This document shows positions 27,680-35,705 of a stretch of DNA of 56,568 nt, one piece after another. The first letter of the stretch is position 1; every line of letters starts with the position of its first letter. Source of the stretch: Dehalococcoidales bacterium (GTDB lineage Bacteria > Chloroflexota > Dehalococcoidia > Dehalococcoidales > UBA5760); contig JAGGZY010000003.1 of the NCBI GenBank assembly GCA_021161775.1, positions 1-56,568 of the forward strand, in the 5' to 3' direction. The notes below the pieces were generated by a model. It ran no database searches and was not told the origin of the DNA. It saw only the letters and a program-made list of their open reading frames with translations. The position numbers and the translations under genes were made by a program.

Positions 27680-28000
27680 ATGAGTGATATTTTAGACGAA
27701 GCCCACAGCATAATGCAGTGTAAGGAATGCCCGTGGTATAAATCCTGCGTAATGCCAATGAGATTTACTGCCGAGGATATCCGGCAGCAGATAGAGCAGT
27801 CAGCCCCCGCAATGGGGGCGGGGCAACCGCTTGACCCTAATATGCAAAACCTTATGTCAAGTCTAGCTACATCCGCCCAGAACTCACTGGTTGAAGCCTG
27901 CCCGATATTCATTGAGCGACTGCGCGCCAATCCCAAGCTTACTCAGCGCATCAAGGAAATAATGCAAAACTGGGGTAAAGCAGAGGATACTACGGACTAG
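27680..28000 (+). CDS. Small Cys-containing protein, function unknown
   Basis: Has CKECPWYKSC plus a fourth Cys (EACPIF). There is no family I recognise. Confidence 0.4.
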   Translation: MSDILDEAHSIMQCKECPWYKSCVMPMRFTAEDIRQQIEQSAPAMGAGQPLDPNMQNLMSSLATSAQNSLVEACPIFIERLRANPKLTQRIKEIMQNWGKAEDTTD

Positions 28001-28039
28001 TCCTTCATTAGAATCTACGATTTAGGAGGAGAGATTTAG

Positions 28040-28303
28040 GTGGGGTTAAGAGCCTACTTACTGGTTGATGTTGTAGATAATATGGGGCCCGCCGATTTTG
28101 CCAAGGCAACTCAAGAACTGGAAGCAATACCCGAGGTAGACTTGGTTAATCCTGTTATTGGCTCTCACGATATAGTTGTTATGGTAGATACCTCTACCAC
28201 GGTAGAAGCTGTCGCCAGCCAGATTCAGCACCAGGGTTGGGTGAAGAACATGGAGATCTTAAGGATTGAGAGCCTGTCGGAACGCCACCGAACTTCACCA
28301 TGA
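28040..28303 (+). CDS. Stand-alone Lrp/AsnC-type ligand-binding (RAM-like) domain protein
   Basis: 87 aa, with the pattern AYLLVDV ... GSHDIVVMVD and no HTH. The GTG start follows AGGAGG. Confidence 0.55.
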   Translation: MGLRAYLLVDVVDNMGPADFAKATQELEAIPEVDLVNPVIGSHDIVVMVDTSTTVEAVASQIQHQGWVKNMEILRIESLSERHRTSP

Positions 28304-28361
28304 TAGCTAAATCTCAAGGATAGCTTCAAGGAAGCGGCAACCAGCAAAAAGAGGATAACTT

Positions 28362-28871
28362 ATGCCTAATAAAGCTATAGCTGAAAAAGGACCAGAGCCT
28401 GTTGCCATTGATGCTATTATCCACCGACATAATCTGGAGCGTGGTGCAGTAATCCCTATTCTACAGGAGATTCAACAGACCTACGGTTATGTATCTAAAG
28501 CTGCTATCCAGCGCATCGCCGAAAACATAAATGTCTCCGCCAGTGAGATATTTGGCATCGTTACCTTTTACGCTCAGTTCAGGCTTGAGCCACTGGGTAA
28601 AAATCTGATTAAAGTCTGTCACGGTACCGCCTGTCACCTGAGTGGTGCCGACATGGTAACCGATACACTGGCTCAGGTTACCGGGGCTAAGGAGGGAGAA
28701 ACCAGCCAGGATGGCTTGTTTACTATCGAGCGGGTTGCCTGCCTCGGTTGCTGTAGTCTGGCTCCCGTAATGATGGTCAACGGTGAAGTTCACGGACGGC
28801 TTACTCCGGAAAGAGTAAGCAAGATAATAAAAAACATTCGCAAGAATGAAACAACATCTCCTGCCGAGTAA
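28362..28871 (+). CDS. NuoE/HydC-type [2Fe-2S] subunit (module 1)
   Basis: Has the 2Fe-2S ligand pattern CHGTACHLSG ... CLGCCSLAP. Confidence 0.88.
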   Translation: MPNKAIAEKGPEPVAIDAIIHRHNLERGAVIPILQEIQQTYGYVSKAAIQRIAENINVSASEIFGIVTFYAQFRLEPLGKNLIKVCHGTACHLSGADMVTDTLAQVTGAKEGETSQDGLFTIERVACLGCCSLAPVMMVNGEVHGRLTPERVSKIIKNIRKNETTSPAE

Positions 28872-28885
28872 TTTAGGAGAGATAG

Positions 28886-30682
28886 ATGTCATCACCAAGA
28901 GATGAAGGTTGGCTTATCCGGGTAGGACTGGCTTCCTGTGGTATCGCCGCCGGAGCCAAAGAGGTATATAACGCCCTAAGCGCCAGACTGGGTGATAAGG
29001 GGCTAGGGGTAACCCTCAAGAAGACCGGCTGTATTGGGATGTGCTATAACGAACCCTTAATTGAGGTGGTATCCCCCCGAAAGGAACGCACCTTCTACAA
29101 GCAGGTTACCCCCGACAAGATAAACCGCATCATCAGTGAACACCTTATCCAGGGTAAGCTGGTTACCGAATGGGCAGTGCCCGATGAGGAGATAAACAGA
29201 CTACTCGCCAAACAGCAGCGAATTGTACTGCGTAACTGCGGTATTATTGACCCCGAATCCATTGATGATTATCTGGCGGTAGACGGCTATAAGGCACTAA
29301 AAAAAGCCCTGAGTACGATGTCTCCCGACGAGGTAATTGGTGAGGTTACTAAATCTGGGTTGAGGGGACGAGGGGGAGCTGGCTTTCCCACCGGGGTTAA
29401 GTGGGGCTTTGCCCGAAAATCCTCAGGTGAGCTGAAATACTTGATATGTAACGCCGATGAAGGCGACCCCGGGGCATTTATGGACCGAAGTGTCTTAGAG
29501 AGTGACCCCCACAGCGTTATTGAAGGCATGCTCATTGCCGGCTATGCCATTGGCGCCTCTCAAGGCTATATCTATGTCAGGGCGGAATACCCGCTAGCCA
29601 TCAACCGATTGGAGCTCGCCTTAGCTGATGCTAAAAAGGCGGGATTTATCGGCGAGACTATCCTCGATTCTAATTTTAGCTTCGATATCAAAATCAGGCA
29701 GGGAGCCGGTGCCTTCGTCTGCGGGGAAGAAACCGCCCTGCTGATGTCTCTGGAAGGGCGCCGGGGGATGCCCCGGGTTCGCCCCCCCTTCCCTGCCCAG
29801 TCAGGATTGTGGGGCAAGCCCACTAATATTAATAATGTAGAGACGCTGGCTAATATTGCCTGGATTATCCTTCATGGCGCCAGCGTCTATAGTAAATACG
29901 GCACCGAGAAGAGCCGAGGAACCAAGGTCTTTGCCCTCGCCGGTAAGATAGTCCATGGTGGGCTGATTGAGGTTCCCATGGGAATAACCCTGAGGGAAAT
30001 TGTCTTTGACATCGGCGGGGGAACCTCCAGCGGACTGGAACTCAAAGCCATCCAGATTGGTGGTCCCTCCGGCGGTATTATCCCCGCCAGTCTGATGGAT
30101 ACCCCAGTAGATTACGATTCGCTAACCCAGACGGGGGCTATTATGGGCTCCGGCGGGCTGATAGTAATGGATGAAACCAGTTGTATGATAGATATCGCCA
30201 GGTTCTTTCTTAACTTCATTCAGAAAGAATCCTGTGGTAAGTGTCCCTTCTGTCGCATCGGCACCCGGCGGATGCTGGAAATCCTAGAACGAATTACCGA
30301 AGGTAACGGCAAGAAGGGGGATATTGAACTCCTTGCCGAGCTAGCTCAGAATGTAAAGCGAGCGTCACTATGCGGGCTAGGCCAGACTGCCCCCAACCCA
30401 GTATTGACTACCATCAGGTACTTCCGCAATGAGTATGAGGAGCATATCTATCAAAAGAAGTGCCGCGCCAAGAAATGCCACGCCCTAATTAATTATACTA
30501 TCATCCCCGAAAAATGTACCGGATGCGGGGTCTGTGCTAAATACTGCCCGGTAGAAGCTATCTCCGGAGAGAAAAAGCAACCCCACCTTATCGACAGCAA
30601 CCGGTGCATCCGCTGTGGACTATGTATGAAGGTATGCCGTTTTGATGCGGTATCGGTAGGCTCAAGGGAAGAGAATGCCTAG
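28886..30682 (+). CDS. NuoF/HydB-type FMN/NADH subunit, long form (N-terminal 2Fe-2S domain plus C-terminal 2x[4Fe-4S] ferredoxin domain)
   Basis: Has SCGIAAGA ... GCIGMCYNEP, then GRGGAGFPTGVKW and ESCGKCPFCR. The C-terminus carries CTGCGVCAKYCP and CIRCGLCMKVC. Confidence 0.88.
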   Translation: MSSPRDEGWLIRVGLASCGIAAGAKEVYNALSARLGDKGLGVTLKKTGCIGMCYNEPLIEVVSPRKERTFYKQVTPDKINRIISEHLIQGKLVTEWAVPDEEINRLLAKQQRIVLRNCGIIDPESIDDYLAVDGYKALKKALSTMSPDEVIGEVTKSGLRGRGGAGFPTGVKWGFARKSSGELKYLICNADEGDPGAFMDRSVLESDPHSVIEGMLIAGYAIGASQGYIYVRAEYPLAINRLELALADAKKAGFIGETILDSNFSFDIKIRQGAGAFVCGEETALLMSLEGRRGMPRVRPPFPAQSGLWGKPTNINNVETLANIAWIILHGASVYSKYGTEKSRGTKVFALAGKIVHGGLIEVPMGITLREIVFDIGGGTSSGLELKAIQIGGPSGGIIPASLMDTPVDYDSLTQTGAIMGSGGLIVMDETSCMIDIARFFLNFIQKESCGKCPFCRIGTRRMLEILERITEGNGKKGDIELLAELAQNVKRASLCGLGQTAPNPVLTTIRYFRNEYEEHIYQKKCRAKKCHALINYTIIPEKCTGCGVCAKYCPVEAISGEKKQPHLIDSNRCIRCGLCMKVCRFDAVSVGSREENA

Positions 30683-33600
30683 AATTTCATTTACCCTGGA
30701 CGGGAAGAAGGTTGATGCCACATCGGGAAGCACTATCCTTGAAGCTGCCAGCAAGCAAGGAGTAGCTATACCTAGTTTATGTCATGACCCTCGCCTGAAA
30801 CCAACCGGCGCCTGTCGTCTTTGCCTGGTAGAAGTCGACGGGGCTCGTGGACCGGTACCTGCCTGCACCACCCCGGTAACCGAGGGGATGGTAGTCAAAA
30901 CCCGAACCGACAACCTCATTAACCTTCGTCGTATGAATCTGGAACTACTTCTCTCTGACCACTATGGTGATTGTATCGCCCCCTGTAAGCTAGCCTGCCC
31001 GGCAGGGATAGATATTCAGGGCTATATTGCCCATATTGCTAATGGTCAATATCGGGAAGCCATAAAACTAATTAAGCAATCGGCTCCACTCCCTCTGGTT
31101 CTGGGTAGGGTCTGTCCTCGCTTCTGTGAAACCCAATGCCGCCGTAATCTGGTTGATGAGCCAGTAGCCATCAATGCTCTGAAGCGATTTGTCGCCGATT
31201 ATGATATGAATAGCGATAACCCCTACATACCTGAACCCAAGCCAGCTACCGGACACCGGGTAGCCATTGTCGGTAGTGGTCCCGCTGGCTTAACCGCCGC
31301 CTACTATCTCGCCCTTGACGGGCATGAGGTAACCATCCTTGAAGCTGCCCCTAAGCTTGGTGGAATGATGCGATACGGCATCCCCGAATACCGCCTTCCC
31401 CAAGCAATCCTGGATAAGGAGATAGCCAGTATTACCCGCCTCTGTCATCAGATTCGCCGTAATGCCTCGCTAGGCAAAGACTTCACTATTCAGAGCCTCA
31501 GGGCGATGGGTTACGAAGCCATCTTTATTGCTATCGGAGCTCAACTTAACCAGAGAATGAGGGTTGAGGGCGAAGACCTGCCCGGGGTTCTCTCTGGGAT
31601 AGGCTTCCTAAGGGACATTACCCAGGGCAAAGAGATAACCCTAGGCGACCGGGTAGCTGTCATTGGGGGAGGTAATACTGCCATCGATGTTGTTCGCACT
31701 GCCCTCCGTCGGGGAGCTAGAGAAGCTACCATCGTCTATCGCCGGTCAAGAAATGAGATGCCGGCTAATAAGGATGAGATAGAGCAAGCCGAAGAGGAAG
31801 GGATTAAATTTAGATTCCTTACCGCACCACTAGCCATCCGTGCCCACAATGGTCGGGCTGACTCTATGGAGTGTATTAGAATGAAACTGGGCGCGCCAGA
31901 TAGCTCCGGCCGACGCCGACCGGAGCCGATAGATGGCTCATCATTTACCATGAAGGTAGATAGTATAATTACCGCCATTGGCCAGACCATTGATAGAACC
32001 TGTCTGGCTCAGGATAGCCAACTGGAGTTAGATAAACGGGGCTACCTAGTTGTTAACGACCAAACCATGGAAACCTCGCTAGACGGCGTCTTCGCTGGTG
32101 GCGACTGTAACTCCGGCCCGGCCACGGTAGTGGAAGCAATAGGTGCCGGGCACCGGGCAGCAACCTCAATCAACCAGTATCTTGCCGGTCAGCCAGTTAT
32201 CCCCGAGCTCAAACCCTATAACTGCTCCAAGGGAAAGCTGGATGAGATTGATGTTAGCGATTATGATGACGTAGCGCGCACCCCGCGGGTACCACAACCT
32301 ATACTTAGCCCGGAAGAGAGACAGGATAACTTCAGCGAGATTGAATCCAGTTTAACTGAGGAAAAAGCTAAATATGAGGCAGAGCGCTGTCTAGCCTGTG
32401 GCTGTCAGGATGTCTTCGACTGCCGACTACGCCAGCTAGCCACCGAGTATAGAGTAGATGATACCCACTATGCTGGCCACCGGCGTCATCTGGGTATCAA
32501 TAAGGATGAGCACCCCTATATTTTGCGTGACCAGAACAAGTGTATCCTGTGCGGGCGTTGTGTTCGAATCTGCGACGAGGTTCAGGGGCTGGGCATTTTG
32601 GGCTTTACTAATCGCGGTTTTGAGACCAGAGTTGAGCCAACCCTGGGAATGCCCCTATCCGCCACCGGGTGTGAATCCTGCGGGCAGTGTATCTCTACCT
32701 GCCCGACGGGAGCATTACTTCCCAAGGCAGACCTGCCCAAGCCGGGTCCCTGGGAACTCACTAAGGTAGCTACTATCTGTCCCTATTGCAGCATCGGTTG
32801 TAATCTGGAACTGAATACCATCGGGAATAAGATAGTTAAGGTTACCTCCCCAACTGATTGTCCGGTAAATAACGGCAATCTCTGCCGTAAGGGAGCCTTC
32901 AATCCCGGTTCTCTTCACCAGCTAAAACGACTCACTACCCCCCTTATTAAACGAAACGGTAATTTAACTGAAGCCAGCTGGGAAGAAGCCATCGCCCTCG
33001 CCAGTCAGGGATTAAACCAGGTCAGAAAGCAAACAGGAAAAGGATTAGCTGTTCTGTCCTCCCCCCAGCTAACCAATGAAGCAAACTATCTAGCGCAAAA
33101 GCTGGCTCGATTGGCTCTAGGAACGAATAATCTCGGCAGCCTCAGTGTTCCCCGGGCAAGTGAGGAATTAGCCCAAAGTCTGGGGAAGAATGCTTCTACC
33201 GGCTCTTATGGCGATATCCTCACCAGCGACCTTATCCTTATCTTCGGCAGTGACCTTACCGAGGACTATCCGGTAATCGGGCTAAAGGTCAGGACAGCAG
33301 TCGCTAAGGGCAGTAAACTGATTACTTTTAACCCCCGACCAACCAGAATAGACCCCCTGGCTGAAGCCACCCTGGAGGTCAGTCCTCAAACCACCCCCGG
33401 ATTACTCAAGGCAATACTGAATTACATCATTGTTAATAACCTCACTGATGATAGCTTTATCCGCTCCCGAACCACCGGTTTCGAAAAGCTCGCCAGGGAG
33501 ATGGAAAATTACCCCCTAGAGAAGATTACTTCCTCCCTGTGGATAAAACCGGCTAAAATCACCAGGGTAATAAATCTCTACGCCAAGGCTAAAGAACCGA

Positions 33601-34292
33601 TAATAATACTGAATGCTGATACTATTACCCCAACTGAGCTTACATTAATTACCAATCTAGCACTAATCACCGGAAATATCGGGCAGGGAGGGATAATTGC
33701 CCTTCATGCTACTGGTAATGCTCAGGGATTGATTGATATGGGGATGACCTCCGATTACCGGCCCGGACACCAGCCAATTGCCGAGCCAGCTACCCGACAG
33801 AGATTAGAAATCGCCTGGGGCCAGCCGCTACCTTTAACGACGGGTAAAAACAGCGATGAAATTATTCAGGGAATAAAAACTGGCGATATTCGGGGCATCC
33901 TCGTTCTGGGTAGCGAGGCAAACCGGAGAAATCAGCTATTTGATACCCCAGCTTTCTCGGTGCTGGTAGATAGTGTCGTTCCCCAACCCCCCTATCCCGA
34001 TGTAGTGCTTCCCGGAGCCACCTTTGCCGAAAGCGAGGGTAGCTACACCAATGCTGAGCGCCGGATACAACGTCTGAACCGCGCCTTCCCTCCCCCCGCC
34101 GGCAAGGAAAACTGGGAGATTATCTCTGCCCTATCCACCGCTCTGGGCTATCCGATGGACTATAAAACAGCGTCAGCTATTGATGACGAAATTACTCAAC
34201 TGGTTCCCATCTTTAAGCCAGGAACACAGTGGGCATTCCTGGATAACGGTAAATTTAATCTTAAGGACGGACTGGCTCGGCTTCGGCTGTAA
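30675..34292 (+). CDS. 1205-aa fusion: NuoG/HydA-type 2Fe-2S N-terminus, then a GltD-type Fe-S/FAD/NAD(P)H module, then 2x[4Fe-4S], then a ligand-less MopB-like domain
   Basis: The N-terminus reads CHDPRLKPTGACRLCLVEV. The GltD part covers aa 96-505 (GRVCPRFCETQC, VAIVGSGPAGL, VAVIGGGNTAID, GVFAGGDC). Next come CILCGRCVRIC and CESCGQCISTCP. The MopB 4Fe-4S motif is CPYCSIGC...LCRKG. The start overlaps the upstream gene by 8 nt. Confidence 0.85.
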   Translation: MPRISFTLDGKKVDATSGSTILEAASKQGVAIPSLCHDPRLKPTGACRLCLVEVDGARGPVPACTTPVTEGMVVKTRTDNLINLRRMNLELLLSDHYGDCIAPCKLACPAGIDIQGYIAHIANGQYREAIKLIKQSAPLPLVLGRVCPRFCETQCRRNLVDEPVAINALKRFVADYDMNSDNPYIPEPKPATGHRVAIVGSGPAGLTAAYYLALDGHEVTILEAAPKLGGMMRYGIPEYRLPQAILDKEIASITRLCHQIRRNASLGKDFTIQSLRAMGYEAIFIAIGAQLNQRMRVEGEDLPGVLSGIGFLRDITQGKEITLGDRVAVIGGGNTAIDVVRTALRRGAREATIVYRRSRNEMPANKDEIEQAEEEGIKFRFLTAPLAIRAHNGRADSMECIRMKLGAPDSSGRRRPEPIDGSSFTMKVDSIITAIGQTIDRTCLAQDSQLELDKRGYLVVNDQTMETSLDGVFAGGDCNSGPATVVEAIGAGHRAATSINQYLAGQPVIPELKPYNCSKGKLDEIDVSDYDDVARTPRVPQPILSPEERQDNFSEIESSLTEEKAKYEAERCLACGCQDVFDCRLRQLATEYRVDDTHYAGHRRHLGINKDEHPYILRDQNKCILCGRCVRICDEVQGLGILGFTNRGFETRVEPTLGMPLSATGCESCGQCISTCPTGALLPKADLPKPGPWELTKVATICPYCSIGCNLELNTIGNKIVKVTSPTDCPVNNGNLCRKGAFNPGSLHQLKRLTTPLIKRNGNLTEASWEEAIALASQGLNQVRKQTGKGLAVLSSPQLTNEANYLAQKLARLALGTNNLGSLSVPRASEELAQSLGKNASTGSYGDILTSDLILIFGSDLTEDYPVIGLKVRTAVAKGSKLITFNPRPTRIDPLAEATLEVSPQTTPGLLKAILNYIIVNNLTDDSFIRSRTTGFEKLAREMENYPLEKITSSLWIKPAKITRVINLYAKAKEPIIILNADTITPTELTLITNLALITGNIGQGGIIALHATGNAQGLIDMGMTSDYRPGHQPIAEPATRQRLEIAWGQPLPLTTGKNSDEIIQGIKTGDIRGILVLGSEANRRNQLFDTPAFSVLVDSVVPQPPYPDVVLPGATFAESEGSYTNAERRIQRLNRAFPPPAGKENWEIISALSTALGYPMDYKTASAIDDEITQLVPIFKPGTQWAFLDNGKFNLKDGLARLRL

Positions 34293-34312
34293 ACCGATAT
34301 ACAGAGGCTACG

Positions 34313-34789
34313 ATGGAAACCGGCACCGCAAACAAGCTCACCCAAAACAGGAAGCTACTGGCTTTCTTGATAATTGTTATTGTGGGAGCCGTGGTTATGT
34401 TAGGCTATACCATTGCCCACCCCAGGTCAGGAGACAGGTTTACCGAATTCTATATTTTAGGACCTAATGGTAAGGCTAATGATTACCCCCAACAACTAGT
34501 AGTCGGCGAGGAGGCCAGGGTAACCGTCGGTATCGTCAATCGAGAAGGCGAGATAGTAAGCTACCGCCTAAAAACACTAATGAATAGCGAACTAGCTAAT
34601 GAACTGGGACCAGTAACCCTGAATCAGGACGAAAAGTGGGAGGGGGTAGTCAGCTTTACCCCCGACACGACCGGGGACAACCAGCAAGCTGAATTCAAGC
34701 TCTATTCACTCAAGGATGGAGAACCCGCCTTAAAGAATACCCTTTACCTGCGACCAATCAAGGTAACCGAAGCTAAATCTGAGGATTAA
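34313..34789 (+). CDS. DUF1616-like single-pass membrane protein
   Basis: Has a TM helix followed by FTEFYILGPNGKANDYPQQLVVGEEARVTVGIVNREGEIVSYRL, which resembles the DUF1616 C-terminal region. Confidence 0.5.
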   Translation: METGTANKLTQNRKLLAFLIIVIVGAVVMLGYTIAHPRSGDRFTEFYILGPNGKANDYPQQLVVGEEARVTVGIVNREGEIVSYRLKTLMNSELANELGPVTLNQDEKWEGVVSFTPDTTGDNQQAEFKLYSLKDGEPALKNTLYLRPIKVTEAKSED

Positions 34790-34797
34790 ACCTTAAC

Positions 34798-34836
34798 TTG
34801 ACACCTACCAATTATAGTGCTAAGCTATGTTATAAA
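34798..34836 (+). promoter_or_regulatory. Candidate promoter(s) for the small HTH gene and possibly the hydrogenase operon
   Basis: TTGACA (34798..34803), a 17-nt spacer, then TAAGCT. This is followed by an extended -10-like TGtTATAAA (34828..34836). Confidence 0.35.
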
Positions 34837-34878
34837 TGTTGATTTTTAGTAAAATATAACTAAACTAGGTAATAGCTT

Positions 34879-35169
34879 ATGGGCCGCAAATCAGCTCAAG
34901 ACTATACTACCCGGCACCAACAAATCAGAAGTAAGCTACAGCAAATGTCGGCTAGATGTCAGTGTGGCTGCTTTAGTATTTCCCAGATAGCCGCTGAGTT
35001 AGGGATGGACCAGAGAACTATCCGAGCCCACCTCAAAATCATCGAGCTTGACAAGGGTGGGGTGTTCCTTGACCCTAAGGAAAAGGAATTCTGCACTCAA
35101 GAAGGACTCAACCTACTAGCCAAACGGCTAGACCAGGATAAAACCATCGCCAATCCGCCGGCAGGTTAG
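34879..35169 (+). CDS. Small winged-helix/HTH DNA-binding protein
   Basis: ISQIAAELGMDQRTIRAHLKIIE is an HTH-like segment. The gene sits directly upstream of the hydrogenase genes. Confidence 0.5.
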   Translation: MGRKSAQDYTTRHQQIRSKLQQMSARCQCGCFSISQIAAELGMDQRTIRAHLKIIELDKGGVFLDPKEKEFCTQEGLNLLAKRLDQDKTIANPPAG

Positions 35170-35228
35170 TTTAGATAGTAATCCCAGTGATAGCCAGATA
35201 AGTAAATTACGCTGAAGGGGGTATTAAG

Positions 35229-35696
35229 ATGAGCGCAGCTCCATGGAAAGCCAAGGTAGATGATATTATTACCCAACAGGGAAGGGTAAAAGAAGTCTTG
35301 TTACCCTGTTTGGGAGCCATACAGGAGGTATCGGGATATATCCCACAACCAGCGATTAGCTATCTACAGGAATGCCTTGATGTCCCTTCAGTAGATATCT
35401 ACGGGGTGATAACCTTCTACGGTATGCTCACTACCAAACAACAGGGGAAATATGTTATCCGATTGTGTAACTCCCTCCCCTGCCACCTCAACAAGTCGGA
35501 GAACATTCTCAGGGTAGTCGAGAGGAAACTGGGAATAAAAGCCGGCGAAACATCACCCGACGGGAAATTTACTCTGGAAACAGTAGCCTGTTTGGGGCTA
35601 TGTGATAAAGCCCCAGCAATGATGATTAATGATAAGAGTTATGGCAACCTGACTGAGGCGACCACCCAAGAAATCCTCGCTGAATTAAATGGGTAA
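35229..35696 (+). CDS. NuoE/HydC-type [2Fe-2S] subunit (module 2, HymA-like)
   Basis: Has the ligand pattern CNSLPCHLN ... CLGLCDKAP. Confidence 0.88.
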   Translation: MSAAPWKAKVDDIITQQGRVKEVLLPCLGAIQEVSGYIPQPAISYLQECLDVPSVDIYGVITFYGMLTTKQQGKYVIRLCNSLPCHLNKSENILRVVERKLGIKAGETSPDGKFTLETVACLGLCDKAPAMMINDKSYGNLTEATTQEILAELNG

Positions 35697-35705
35697 GGAG
35701 TCAAC

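Noticed and set aside
30675-34292. Calling the 1205-aa protein a formate dehydrogenase alpha subunit or a glutamate synthase small chain
   Set aside because: The MopB-like part has VPRA where the Cys/Sec-His ligand pair should be, and it lacks the C-terminal cap domain. The GltD-type part is embedded in a NuoG-like Fe-S scaffold next to NuoE/NuoF homologues, and no GltB-type partner is present.
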